A stretch of 61,048 nucleotides of DNA from an uncultured Verrucomicrobiota bacterium (GTDB taxonomy: Bacteria > Verrucomicrobiota > Kiritimatiellia > RFP12 > UBA3636): NCBI GenBank assembly GCA_946624575.1, contig CAMOSH010000002.1:1-61048 (forward strand). The letters are read 5' to 3'. Every line of letters begins with the position of its first letter. The first letter of the stretch is position 1. Of the stretch, positions 8,369-18,111 are shown piece after piece. A program made the translations under genes and the position numbers. Under the pieces are notes generated by a model. It was not told where the DNA came from. It ran no database searches and saw only the letters and a program-made list of their open reading frames with translations.

Positions 8369-9974
8369 CCTCGAACGCGGTCAGGCGCAGCGGGGCACGT
8401 GCGTCGGGCGGACACGCGACGCGCAGCACATGGCGAAACACGACGCGACGCCCATCGCCGTCCCGAGGAAGCCTGGTCGGCGGCGGCAGCGGCATTTCCA
8501 GCGTCAGCGTTTCCGGGTCGTCATGATGGATTCGCACGGTCGCCCCGACTGGAAGCGGTGCGTCAGACAGCATGGTGACGAAGCCTTCCGCGCCTGGCGC
8601 CAAAGTGACCACGCGACCGCCGTCGGCCTCCCCCCACTCGCCTTCCAGAACGTACGGCGAACGCCCAAGCGCGTAGCGCCTCCCGACGCGCACTCGCGGA
8701 ACGAGCGCGTTTGCCAGATCAAGAAGCGTCCTTGAGGCGCGCGTGGACGCAAGGGACGGCGCGGAATACACGAAGACCACGGCGTCGGCACCGGACATCA
8801 GTTCGCGAAAATCACGCGCCGATGGCAGCTCGTTGAAATGCAGCACGGCCCTTTCGCCGGAACAGACGCCGCCGCGTACAAGCGCTTCGCGAAACTGATC
8901 GCCGAAGCTGTCGCCAAGTATCGCAAGGCGCGGACCGGATGAAGCGGCGGCGCGCGGCAGCCCGTCCGCCGGGAGAGCGCCCCCGGCCGGCACCCCGAAC
9001 ACGGCGTGGGCGTAAAGGTCAGGCGAGCGGCGGTACCGGACCGGAATGTTGAGGAGTCTGGCCAGATCGCGGTCGCACGAATAGTCCGGTTCGCCGCGTA
9101 CGATTTCGATTGCGGCGAGCGACGGTCGCGGCAGTTGCGGCGCCGCCCGTTCCAGCGCGGCCGACGCGGCGAGAGCTGCGGCGGCCACCGTCCAATGCGT
9201 GCCGGAATACGGGAAGACCGAGATCTTGCCAGGACCGGGAAATCCGTCCGGAAACTCTGCCGGAGACGCGGCGCGCCCCGCGATTTCGTCCATTGCAGCG
9301 AGGTCGTCGGGCGATGCGTAGGGCACGTTCTCGGAATCGAGCAGACTCTTCCAGGTGCGGTATGGTTCCGGATCGCGCGACGCAGGACGAGTCGCGAAGC
9401 GCAAGAACCGCCGCGGGATCCATTCGCGGAACGTTTCGGCCTTGCTGGGAGCGAGGACGAACATTACCGGCGGGGCGCCGTCCGGACGGAATTCCGCCAG
9501 CGCGGCGCGAAACGCACATATGGCCGCGACGGTATCGGCCGCGACATGTTTCCTTTCAATCGGAAGTGTTTTTTCGTCAAGCGCAACGTCGAGATACTGG
9601 CGTTCAAAAAGGACTCCTGAGCGACCCTGCACGATGGAGCCGGCGGCGCCGGCGCGGTCGCGGCCGAACGTGGCGGCGTCGTGAAGCCCATTTTTGAGAA
9701 ACAGCGCTTCCGTGCGCCCGAAGAAAATATGGGCAAAGTGTTCGGCGACCTCTCGCTGCCAGGCGCCTGAAAGGACTGCCCTCGCGGAGAAGCGCGGCCT
9801 GACGTCCGGCGTGTCAAATCCGTGCGCCCCGACAAATCCCCTGATCCCAAGCCATCCAAGAAGCGGCGCGGCCAGCGCCACGAAGTACAGCGCCGCGAAA
9901 ACAGCGTCGCTCCGCCGGCTGGCGCGGGCCGGATTGCGGGCCGGATCGTCGATGCTGGAATCGTCCGGGCTCAT
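8361..9974 (-). CDS. AlgX/AlgJ-like SGNH-type protein (putative polysaccharide O-acetyltransferase or esterase), membrane-anchored
   Basis: The start at 9974 shares an ATGA overlap with the dapF stop codon. It has an N-terminal TM segment (AVFAALYFVALAAPLLGWL), a D/T-H-W-type motif (PYSGTHWT) and GDS (LAILGDSFG). The family call comes from motifs only. Confidence 0.45.
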   Translation of the reverse strand: MSPDDSSIDDPARNPARASRRSDAVFAALYFVALAAPLLGWLGIRGFVGAHGFDTPDVRPRFSARAVLSGAWQREVAEHFAHIFFGRTEALFLKNGLHDAATFGRDRAGAAGSIVQGRSGVLFERQYLDVALDEKTLPIERKHVAADTVAAICAFRAALAEFRPDGAPPVMFVLAPSKAETFREWIPRRFLRFATRPASRDPEPYRTWKSLLDSENVPYASPDDLAAMDEIAGRAASPAEFPDGFPGPGKISVFPYSGTHWTVAAAALAASAALERAAPQLPRPSLAAIEIVRGEPDYSCDRDLARLLNIPVRYRRSPDLYAHAVFGVPAGGALPADGLPRAAASSGPRLAILGDSFGDQFREALVRGGVCSGERAVLHFNELPSARDFRELMSGADAVVFVYSAPSLASTRASRTLLDLANALVPRVRVGRRYALGRSPYVLEGEWGEADGGRVVTLAPGAEGFVTMLSDAPLPVGATVRIHHDDPETLTLEMPLPPPTRLPRDGDGRRVVFRHVLRVACPPDARAPLRLTAFEVM

Positions 9975-10807
9975 GCGGAAAAAGCGTCTGTGTCCAAAAC
10001 GCCGCGGAAGACAAACCGCGCCGGGCCGGTCAGTCGAAGGCCGGAGGCGCCGGATGGTGGCGCCGGCGCGTCGCAGTCCACGGTCAGCAACGCTCCTGAC
10101 AAAACATGCACCGTCACCGGAAAGCGGCAGACCCCGCGGCACACCGCCGCCGCCACCGCCGCCGCCACCGCGCCGGTGCCGCAGGCGCCGGTTTCCGCCT
10201 CCACGCCGCGCTCCCAGGTGCGCATGCGAATCGTCGCGGCGTCCAGCACCTCCACGAAATCCGCATTGGCCCCAGCTTTCCCGAATGCGTCGTGGCCGCG
10301 CAGCGCGGGGCCGTCGACGCCAATGTCGACGCCGTCGGCACGCTCGACGAAGCGCACGGCGTGCGGCACCCCGGTGTCGAGCAGCCAGGCGTCTGCCTGC
10401 GACACGAATTTTGCGCCTGCCACATCAGAAGTCCGCACCGTGACCGTGGCGGCGAATGGCGTCTCCCCGTCCGCGATTTCTGCCGCGACGGACCCCGCGT
10501 CGGTGGAAAACCGCATCCGGCGTGGGGCGAAGCCGGCAAGAAATGCATAGAACGCGGCGCATCTCGCTCCGTTGCCGCACATAGACGCGCGCGAGCCGTC
10601 GGGATTGAAAAACACCATGCGGAACGAGCACTCGGCGTCCCCCGAAATCGGGCGGAGCACGAGCATCCCCTCCGACGCTATCCCGAAGCGCGGGGCGTTC
10701 ATGCGGCGGACAAGGTCGTGGGCGTCAAGCGGGAAATCTCCGTTGCGGTCTTCGAGAACTACAAAGTCGTTCCCGGCGCCGTGCATTTTTGCGATGGGGA
10801 ATTGCAT
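9971..10807 (-). CDS. dapF: Diaminopimelate epimerase
   Basis: The N-terminus is MQFPIAKMHGAGNDFVVLEDR. Both catalytic Cys contexts are present (MCGNGARCAA and ACGTGAVAAA). The product is 278 aa. Confidence 0.9.
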   Translation of the reverse strand: MQFPIAKMHGAGNDFVVLEDRNGDFPLDAHDLVRRMNAPRFGIASEGMLVLRPISGDAECSFRMVFFNPDGSRASMCGNGARCAAFYAFLAGFAPRRMRFSTDAGSVAAEIADGETPFAATVTVRTSDVAGAKFVSQADAWLLDTGVPHAVRFVERADGVDIGVDGPALRGHDAFGKAGANADFVEVLDAATIRMRTWERGVEAETGACGTGAVAAAVAAAVCRGVCRFPVTVHVLSGALLTVDCDAPAPPSGASGLRLTGPARFVFRGVLDTDAFSA

Positions 10808-10895
10808 GGCCGGGATTCTAACTCCGCCCATGCCCTTTTCGCAACGTCCGCGCCCGGCATTTTTTTGCTTTCACCGAAAAACGGCTTGTGGTAGC

Positions 10896-12017
10896 ATGAG
10901 GCGCATGAAACAAACCATCCTCCTTGCGGCGCTTTTTTCCGCCGCCGCGACTTTTTCATCAACGGCAACGGAAACCACGGAAACCGACGGCGGCCCGGTC
11001 GTTGTCGAAATCACCGGCGACAGGGTTAACCTGCGGGCTGCGCCGCGACTGGAGGCCGAGGTCGTCGGCCAGGCGGCACTGGGCGAAAAGTTCGTCCTGC
11101 GCGGCGATCCCGAAGAGGCGTGGGTCGCGGTCGCGATTCCTCACCGGTGCGACACGTGGATACGCTCCGATCTTGCGCGCGGCGGCAAGGTCGGAGTTGA
11201 GGGCGCGCGACTGCGCGCCGGCGCCGGAAGACAGTATTCCATTGTCGGGACGCTGCCCCTTGGCACCGAACTGGAGGTGCGCGGAACTATGGGAGACTGG
11301 TCGAAAGTCGCGCCGCCGGACCTGCCGACCGTGGCTGTCTACGTGACCAACGCATACGTGAAGGTAATTTCGGACGCGACGGCGAAAGCCGCCACGTCGG
11401 AGACGAAGGCCCCGGAGGCGGCCGGACCGGCCTCCCCAGAGACGAACGAGCCTGGCCCGGCGTTGCCGGCCGCTGCGGAATCGACCGCGGCCACCACGGC
11501 CACCGCGGCACCGGCCGCAACCGCCGGCACCCCCGCCCCGCCCGAGGACAAGCCCGTTCCCGAGGCCGCTCCGCTGCGAGACGAAGTGCCAGCCGTCGCG
11601 CCGGAGGCACCGCCGCCGCCCCGCCCCGCCCCACCGCCGCCAGTCGCGTCGGACAAGGGCCGCACCACCACTGTGTCCGCACCGCGCGGCGATTCCGTTC
11701 CCGTCGGTCCGGCCAAGATACAGTCTTCGCGGCTTCGCGCCGACAAGATGCAGGCCTCCGACGGCGTCTACGCCGGCGTCCTGTCTCGCGCCCCCGCCTT
11801 CGGAGTCTCCCCGACGCGCTTTCGGCTTGTCCGGTTCGACCGCCACAACGCCGTGGAGACCGTCTGCTGGGTCTACGGAAACAGCAAGCAGCTTGAAGGG
11901 CTGCGCGGCTCGGCGCTCACGGTGTCCGGGGCGGTGTACTGGTTCAAGGGCGCAGACCTGCCAGTCGTCTTCGCGCAGGAAATCCTGACGGGCGGCGCCG
12001 CACCGGCTGCCAAATAG
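10896..12017 (+). CDS. Secreted protein with two SH3b-like domains, a Pro/Ala-rich linker and an unknown C-terminal domain
   Basis: Lies in the frame of ORF 10572..12017. ATG 10896 (or 10905) gives a signal peptide (MKQTILLAALFSAAATFSSTA). SH3b-like segments are VNLRAAPRLEAEVVGQAALGEKFVL and ARLRAGAGRQYSIVGTLPLGTELEV. Confidence 0.6.
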   Translation: MRRMKQTILLAALFSAAATFSSTATETTETDGGPVVVEITGDRVNLRAAPRLEAEVVGQAALGEKFVLRGDPEEAWVAVAIPHRCDTWIRSDLARGGKVGVEGARLRAGAGRQYSIVGTLPLGTELEVRGTMGDWSKVAPPDLPTVAVYVTNAYVKVISDATAKAATSETKAPEAAGPASPETNEPGPALPAAAESTAATTATAAPAATAGTPAPPEDKPVPEAAPLRDEVPAVAPEAPPPPRPAPPPPVASDKGRTTTVSAPRGDSVPVGPAKIQSSRLRADKMQASDGVYAGVLSRAPAFGVSPTRFRLVRFDRHNAVETVCWVYGNSKQLEGLRGSALTVSGAVYWFKGADLPVVFAQEILTGGAAPAAK

Positions 12018-12058
12018 CCCGCACCCGTCAAATCCGCCCAGATCCGTCTTGTTCCGCA

Positions 12059-12937
12059 ATGCGTGTCGTCGTCGCAAAATCCGCGGGATTCTGCCAGGGC
12101 GTCCGCCGCGCGATCGGCGCCGCCGAACAACTGGCCCTCGACGGAGCGTTCACCGCCGTCTGCACCGACGGGCCGCTAATCCACAATTCGCACGAGACAG
12201 CCAGGCTGGCGGCACTTGGAGTCCGAACCCTTTCGCCGGGCGAAGTTCCTTCCCCCGGCAGCGTCCTGATGGTGCGCGCGCACGGAGTCTCTCCACGCCG
12301 CATGGCGACGTTGACGGCTCTGCCCGGAGTGAAGGTCCACGACGCGACGTGCCCGTTCGTACGCAACATTCAGAACGTATGCCGCGAGGAAAGCGAATCC
12401 GGGCGCTTCGTGCTGATACTGGGCGACGCCGGACACGCAGAAGTCCAGGGACTGTCCGGGTGCGCGGAAGGACGGTGCGCCGTGGTGTCCGGCCCGGAGG
12501 AGCTAAAGGCACTGCCGGATCCGGGACTCCCGGTTTCGCTCGTGAGCCAGAGCACCAGGGACGAAGCCAGTTTCGCCGCAGCGCGCGCCGCGGCGCTTGA
12601 ACGGTGGCCCGACGCACGCGTCATCAACACGATTTGCGGCGCCACGCGGACGCGGCAGTCCGAACTGACGAAGCTCGCGGAAGAATGCGACGCCATTGTG
12701 GTCGTCGGATCCCCGCACAGCGCGAACACTCGCCGTCTCGCCGAAATCGCTGGCCGTTCGCGACCGGTTTTTCTTGCGGAAGACGCCACCTCGCTCGATC
12801 CCGCCGCATTCGCGCACTTCCGGACCGTCGGGCTGGCGGCTGGCGCCTCGACTCCCGATTCCGACATTTCGGCCGTGCGCGGATTTCTCGAAAAACTGAA
12901 TTGCCAGGATTGCCGACAGGGGCAGGAATCGCCATGA
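12059..12937 (+). CDS. ispH: 4-hydroxy-3-methylbut-2-enyl diphosphate reductase
   Basis: Contains MRVVVAKSAGFCQGVRRAI, GPLIHN, ATCPFV, LVSQST, NTICGATRTRQ and SANTRRL, which are the three Cys ligands and the family blocks. Confidence 0.9.
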   Translation: MRVVVAKSAGFCQGVRRAIGAAEQLALDGAFTAVCTDGPLIHNSHETARLAALGVRTLSPGEVPSPGSVLMVRAHGVSPRRMATLTALPGVKVHDATCPFVRNIQNVCREESESGRFVLILGDAGHAEVQGLSGCAEGRCAVVSGPEELKALPDPGLPVSLVSQSTRDEASFAAARAAALERWPDARVINTICGATRTRQSELTKLAEECDAIVVVGSPHSANTRRLAEIAGRSRPVFLAEDATSLDPAAFAHFRTVGLAAGASTPDSDISAVRGFLEKLNCQDCRQGQESP

Positions 12938-14445
12938 AAACCACCGGAAAGAAAAAATCCGAACGACGTTCCATTTCGCGCGTGGCGGCTTCCGCCGCGC
13001 TGGCGCTTCCACTTTGCGGATGCCTGCTCGGCCCGGACTGGTCCGAACCTACTCCTCCCACGTCCATCCCGGAGCGTTTTCGCGGCGCCGGCTCGAACGA
13101 CGCCGCGGAGTCCGGCGGCGCGGCCGAAGCTCGGATTCCAGCAGACGAGGCGCTTTTCCAGGCGGACGCCGAATCCGGCACTCCCGCCCCCCACGACGCC
13201 GCCACGGCCGGCGAAAGCTGGTGGATGCGCTGGGACGATCCCGTGCTCCGGCGGCTTCTGGCCAAAGGTTGCGCCACCAACCTGACGCTGGCGCAGGCCG
13301 CGGAGCGCACCATCCAGGCTCGCGAGGCCGTCGAGGCCGCACGCGCGGCGCTCCTGCCGACGCTTGGCGCAAGCGGCGCCGCGACCAGGACGCGCTCGTT
13401 CGATCCGGGGCGCACCGACAAGTCCTGGCGCGCCGGCGCGGACGCCGCCTGGGAAATCGACCTGTTCGGCGGCGCCAGGCGCACGGCCGAAGCCGCAGCC
13501 GCCGAATTGGAGGGCGCGGGCTGGAGCGAACGCGACGCGCTGCTGTCGCTGCGCGCCGAAATCGTTTCTGCCTACGCGACGCTGCGCCTTGCGCAGACTT
13601 CGCTTGCAATCGCACGGGACAATCTCGCGGCCGAGCGCGACAACGCCGAGATCGCGCGCGCCAAGGGCCGGTCCGGATTCACGTCAGGATCGGACGTCGC
13701 AGCCGCAGAAGCCGCAATCGCGACAGCTGAGGCCGGAATTCCATCCAGGGAGGCGGCGGCCGACTCCGCCGCGCGGGCTCTGGAGCTCCTTCTCGCCCGC
13801 GCCCCGGACGAATTGGAGGAGCTCCTCGCAGCACCCGATCCCGCCGCGCCGCCCCCGCCGCCTGTCGCACCCGAGCCGCCCGGCGCCGCCCCGCCGCAGG
13901 TGCTGGCGCAACGCCCGGACGTGCGCCGCGCCGCCGCCGCCCTGCACGCCGCCACGGCAAGAATCGGCGCAGCCAAGGCCGCCAGATGGCCGTCCATCGA
14001 CCTGGCTGCCGGCCTCACACTTTCGGCGCAGGGAGCCACATCGTGGTCGGACGCCGTCAAGTCTCTAGCCTTCGGGCCTTCGCTCAACGTGCCCGTGTTT
14101 CGCGGCGGGGCGCTGGCCGCCGCTGAACGCCACGCCGATTCCGTCGCGCGCGAGGCGCTTCTCGCATGGCACGAGGCAGTGCTTTCCGCCATACACGAAG
14201 CGCAGGTCGCCTGGACGCAGCTGAACGCGGAGCGGGCGCGCGGCCCGGCGCTCGAACGCGCTGTCGCCCGCGACGAAGAGGCGCTGGAGGCCGCGCGCGA
14301 ACGCTACCGCGCCGGATCCGGCGACTGGACGGACGTGCTAGTGCGGCAGACCGCGCTGCTTGCGGCGCGTCTGTCGCTCGCGCAACACCGCGCCGATCTG
14401 GCGACGCTCACCGTGGCCCTGGCCAAGGCGCTCGGCGCGGAATAG
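12934..14445 (+). CDS. Efflux-transporter outer-membrane factor lipoprotein (NodT/TolC family)
   Basis: Its start shares an ATGA overlap with the ispH stop codon. It has a lipobox (ALPLCGCLLGPDW) and two OEP-type repeats with WWxxxxDPxL-like sequence (WWMRWDDPVLRRLL). Confidence 0.85.
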   Translation: MKTTGKKKSERRSISRVAASAALALPLCGCLLGPDWSEPTPPTSIPERFRGAGSNDAAESGGAAEARIPADEALFQADAESGTPAPHDAATAGESWWMRWDDPVLRRLLAKGCATNLTLAQAAERTIQAREAVEAARAALLPTLGASGAATRTRSFDPGRTDKSWRAGADAAWEIDLFGGARRTAEAAAAELEGAGWSERDALLSLRAEIVSAYATLRLAQTSLAIARDNLAAERDNAEIARAKGRSGFTSGSDVAAAEAAIATAEAGIPSREAAADSAARALELLLARAPDELEELLAAPDPAAPPPPPVAPEPPGAAPPQVLAQRPDVRRAAAALHAATARIGAAKAARWPSIDLAAGLTLSAQGATSWSDAVKSLAFGPSLNVPVFRGGALAAAERHADSVAREALLAWHEAVLSAIHEAQVAWTQLNAERARGPALERAVARDEEALEAARERYRAGSGDWTDVLVRQTALLAARLSLAQHRADLATLTVALAKALGAE

Positions 14446-14498
14446 CCACTGCGGGAAAACGGCAGCGACCGCGAGACCGCGATCGCCACCGCCTGTCG

Positions 14499-14523
14499 GC
14501 GGCCGGCGCCGACCGCCGGCCGC
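14499..14523. terminator. GC-rich hairpin between convergent genes (possible bidirectional terminator)
   Basis: gcggccggcg (14499-14508), loop ccgac, then cgccggccgc (14514-14523). There is no clear U-tract, and it overlaps the metE stop codon. Confidence 0.3.
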
Positions 14524-16829
14524 TATTCGCCGCGCAGAATGCGCGCCGCGGCGACGAGGTTGCGCAGACTGGCCTCGGTTTCCGGCTCGCCGCGCGTCTT
14601 GAGACCGCAGTCCGGATTGATCCACAGCTTTGCCGGATCAACCTTCGTCATCATCTTCCTCACGGCGGCGACGATTTCGTCCACCGACGGGACGCGCGGC
14701 GAATGGATGTCGTAGACGCCGGGTCCGACTTCGGTGCGGAATTCGGCGGCCTTCAGGGCGTCAAGGATCTTCAGGTCGGCGCGCGACGCCTCGAACGTGA
14801 TCACGTCGGCGTCCATGGCGTCGATGTCGCGGATGATGTCGTTGAACTCGCTGTAGCACATGTGCGTGTGTATCTGCGTCTCCGGCTTCACCCCGGAATG
14901 CACGAGCCTGAAGGCGGGTATCGCCCAGTCCAGATATTCGCGGCGCCAGTCCTCGCGGCGGAGCGGGAGCTTTTCGCGCAGGGCCGCCTCGTCGATCTGG
15001 ACGATGCCGATGCCGGCCTTTTCCAGATCGAGGACCTCGGCGCGGATCGCGAGAGCGATCTGCAGAGTCTGCTCGCGGAGCGAAAGGTCCTCGCGCGGGA
15101 ACGACCAGTTCAGAATCGTCACAGGGCCGGTCAGCATCCCCTTCACGGGCTTTTTCGTCAGCGACTGCGCGAACGCGCTCCACTTCACCGTTATCGGGGC
15201 CTTGCGCCTGATGTCTCCCCAGACGATCGGCGGCTTGACGCAGCGCGTCCCGTAGCTCTGCACCCAGGCCTTTTCGGTGAATACGAACCCGTCGAGATTG
15301 TCGCCAAAGTATTCGACCATGTCGTTGCGCTCGTATTCGCCGTGGACCAGCACGTCCAGTCCGATTTCCTCCTGCTTGCGGATGCAGCGCTCGATCTTGC
15401 CCCGGACGAACGACTCGTAATCGGCGGCGGACATTTCGCCCCGCCCGAGCGCGGCGCGCGCGGCGCGCACGTCCTTCGTCTGAGGAAACGACCCGATCGT
15501 GGTGGTCGGGAACTTCGGCAGCGCAAGCCTGGCGCGCTGGACGCGCTCGCGCTCCGCGAAAGCGGGCACGCGCTCGAAGTCGCCCTCGGCAAGCGCGGCC
15601 ACGGCGGCGCGGACTTCGGCGTCCGGCTCGACGCGGTCATTGTAGAAGAGCTTGACGTTCGCGTCCCAGGGATCGTAGCCAAGAACGCCGTTCAGGCCGG
15701 TGTGCATGTACGCCAGATCGCGGACTTCGTCGAGTTTTTCGACCGCGAAGGCCATCCATTTGAGGACGTCCCTCGGCAGCTTCGTCTCGCTTTCGACCGT
15801 CCATGGCACATGCAGAAGGGAGCAGGACGGAGACAGCGCGACGCGCTCGGCGGGGACATGGCGCACGATCTGGCTGATGAGCTCATTCGCCGTCTTGAGA
15901 TAGTTGGTGCGCCAGATGTTCTTGCCGCACACAACGCCGGCGATCAGTTCGGCGTCATCCGGGAAGCTTCCGTCCGCCAGCAGGGCGAGATTGCGCTCGC
16001 GCCCCTCGACGAAATCCATTCCGATCGCGTCGAAGCCCATCTTGGAGACGACGCTCCAGGAGTCGCGCAGATCGCCGAAGTAGGTCTGAAGCGCGACGCG
16101 GGCGAAGCGCTCGCCGCCGACGGTGCGGTGCGCGGCCCTGAGAACCGGCGCGTAGACGCGCCGCAGCAGCGCGAGGTCGTCCTCGGAGGTGTCGAGCACG
16201 AGCGCCGGCTCCGCGAACGAGAAGCGCGCCGCGTCGGTTGCGAGGCGCATGTCGTGCACGAAATCGGCGAACGCGGCGCCGGCCGCGTCGGCGAAGTCTG
16301 CCGCGGTCCTGGACCCCGTGAACCGCGCGAGCCTGAGAAACGTGTACGGCCCGATCACGGCCGGGACGGTTTCCACGCCCAGCTCCTTCGCCTCCTCGTA
16401 TTCGTCCTGCCACTTGGCGATGTCGAACTTGAGCGCGGTGTCGTCGGAAAGCTCCGGGACGATGTAGTGGTAGTTGGTGTTGAACCACTTTTTCATGGGT
16501 AGCGCCCTGACGTCGCCGGCCGGACCCTGGTAGCCGCGGGCCATTGCGAAATACGTCTCCAGCGGCGGCAGGGAGAGGGCGCGGTAGCGCTCCGGGACGG
16601 CGCCAAGCGCGAAGGCGACGTCGAGCATATTGTCGTAGAAGGAGAAGTCGCCGGAGGGGATGAGGGAAATTCCGGCTTCCTTCTGCAGACGCCAGGCTTC
16701 GGCGCGAATGGCGCGCGCCGCGGCGTCGAGCTGCTCAGCCGTCGCCTTTCCGGCGAAGAACGCCTCGCTCGCCTTCTTCAGTTCGCGATCCGCGCCAATG
16801 CGCGGGAATCCTATTACCGATGTCTTCAT
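14523..16829 (-). CDS. metE: Cobalamin-independent methionine synthase (5-methyltetrahydropteroyltriglutamate-homocysteine S-methyltransferase)
   Basis: The 768-aa product starts [20 protein letters not shown] and has a duplicated MetE barrel. Zn-ligand contexts are present ([20 protein letters not shown]). Confidence 0.95.
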   Translation of the reverse strand: MKTSVIGFPRIGADRELKKASEAFFAGKATAEQLDAAARAIRAEAWRLQKEAGISLIPSGDFSFYDNMLDVAFALGAVPERYRALSLPPLETYFAMARGYQGPAGDVRALPMKKWFNTNYHYIVPELSDDTALKFDIAKWQDEYEEAKELGVETVPAVIGPYTFLRLARFTGSRTAADFADAAGAAFADFVHDMRLATDAARFSFAEPALVLDTSEDDLALLRRVYAPVLRAAHRTVGGERFARVALQTYFGDLRDSWSVVSKMGFDAIGMDFVEGRERNLALLADGSFPDDAELIAGVVCGKNIWRTNYLKTANELISQIVRHVPAERVALSPSCSLLHVPWTVESETKLPRDVLKWMAFAVEKLDEVRDLAYMHTGLNGVLGYDPWDANVKLFYNDRVEPDAEVRAAVAALAEGDFERVPAFAERERVQRARLALPKFPTTTIGSFPQTKDVRAARAALGRGEMSAADYESFVRGKIERCIRKQEEIGLDVLVHGEYERNDMVEYFGDNLDGFVFTEKAWVQSYGTRCVKPPIVWGDIRRKAPITVKWSAFAQSLTKKPVKGMLTGPVTILNWSFPREDLSLREQTLQIALAIRAEVLDLEKAGIGIVQIDEAALREKLPLRREDWRREYLDWAIPAFRLVHSGVKPETQIHTHMCYSEFNDIIRDIDAMDADVITFEASRADLKILDALKAAEFRTEVGPGVYDIHSPRVPSVDEIVAAVRKMMTKVDPAKLWINPDCGLKTRGEPETEASLRNLVAAARILRGE

Positions 16830-16962
16830 TCAAATTCTCCCGTGTTTCAGTTTGACTTGATTCGATTTGCCGTGATTCGTGCTTTGAGAAAGGAGGAAGG
16901 GAAGCGCCGCGCCGCCGCGCCGCGCGGGAACGCCGCCGCGCGGGCCAGCGCACGACGGCGCG

Positions 16963-17844
16963 TCAGCGCGAGGCGTTCACCGCGCCGATGATCGCGTCCA
17001 CGTTGCGGATGATGTCGCGCGTGACTTCGGGCTTGTTCATGGTGTAGAGGTGGATGCCGCTTGCGCCGTTGCCGATCAGGTCGATTATCTGGTCGGTCGC
17101 GTACGCGACGCCGGCCTGCCGCATGGCGGCCGGATTTCCGGAAAACTTGTCGCAGAGCGTCAGAAGCTTGGCCGGGATGTAGGCGTTGGAGAGCCTGACC
17201 ATCCGTGAGACCTGGCTGGCGCTTGTGATCGGCATGATCCCGGCGTGGACCGGCAGCCTGACGCCGCGCTTCTGCAGCCGGTACAGGTAGCTGTAGAGCA
17301 TGTTGTTGTCGAAAAACATCTGCGTGACAAGAAAGTCCGCGCCGGCCTCGACCTTCTTCACCATGTTGTCGATGTCCTCGTCGCGGTTCTGGCATTCCGG
17401 ATGTCCCTCCGGATAGCACGCCGCGCCCACGCAGAACCCCTCCTCCTTCAGAATCGCGCACAGGTCGCTGGCGTGTTCCAGACCTGGCGCGAGGCGGCGC
17501 TCCGAGTCGCCCTGCGGAAAGTCCCCTCGCAGCGCCAGCACGTTCTCCACGCCGGCGTCGCGCAGATCCCGCGCGATGGAGCGCACCGAATCTACGGTGC
17601 CCCCGACGCACGTCAGGTGCGCCAGCGCGGGCCGGCCGAGCGCGGCGATGCGGCGCGATATTTCCACCGTGCGCCCGGCGGACGAGCCGCCGGCGCCCCA
17701 AGTGACGGAAATGAAGTCGGGATTGAGGCTGTCGAGAACGCGCGCCACCTCGATCGTGGACGTGAGACTTGCGTCCGTCTTCGGCGGGAACACCTCGAAC
17801 GAAACCGTGATTTTCTTCTGCCTCTGTATTTCCGATATCGTCAT
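16963..17844 (-). CDS. metF: Methylenetetrahydrofolate reductase
   Basis: The internal ATG at 17844 of ORF 16963..18291 gives MTISEIQRQKKITVSFEVFPPKT. Later blocks are VTWGAGGSS and LVTQMFFD. The product is 293 aa. Confidence 0.9.
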   Translation of the reverse strand: MTISEIQRQKKITVSFEVFPPKTDASLTSTIEVARVLDSLNPDFISVTWGAGGSSAGRTVEISRRIAALGRPALAHLTCVGGTVDSVRSIARDLRDAGVENVLALRGDFPQGDSERRLAPGLEHASDLCAILKEEGFCVGAACYPEGHPECQNRDEDIDNMVKKVEAGADFLVTQMFFDNNMLYSYLYRLQKRGVRLPVHAGIMPITSASQVSRMVRLSNAYIPAKLLTLCDKFSGNPAAMRQAGVAYATDQIIDLIGNGASGIHLYTMNKPEVTRDIIRNVDAIIGAVNASR

Positions 17845-18061
17845 GGCGGCCGTGGGGAAATCGTTGAAGAGCGCTTGGGTGTCCGGAACCCGACCGAAGG
17901 GCTGACGAAAGAAGATAAAAAAAGTTGTGTCTTCTCGCGGGAACACTAGCACCGGAATCGCCGCGATGCAAGCAAAAAACGCGCGAGGGGGGACAAAAGC
18001 CGTCCTGAATAGGAACGCAAAGCGCGCGCGTGGGACATCGGAGCGCGGGCTGCCATGGGTT

Positions 18062-18111
18062 TGACCGGCGACTGGAAAGTCGACGCCCCGATGACCGGCG
18101 ACTGGAAAGTC
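18062..18111. repeat. Perfect 20-nt direct repeat with 30-bp period
   Basis: tgaccggcgactggaaagtc occurs at 18062-18081 and again at 18092-18111. The second copy overlaps the stop codon of the 18110..19372 gene. The repeat lies about 220 nt upstream of metF. Confidence 0.9.

Noticed and set aside
14166-16502. 778-aa plus-strand ORF overlapping metE.
   Set aside because: It is antisense to an unmistakable full-length MetE. The product is Arg/Gly/Asp-rich with no motifs.
16830-18111. SAM, SAH or cobalamin riboswitch upstream of metF/metE.
   Set aside because: I could not find the conserved cores by eye (SAM-I GAGGGA/GCCC junction pattern, B12 box). The metF-metE spacer (133 nt) is too short for a B12 element. 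It is left as an open check, not a call.
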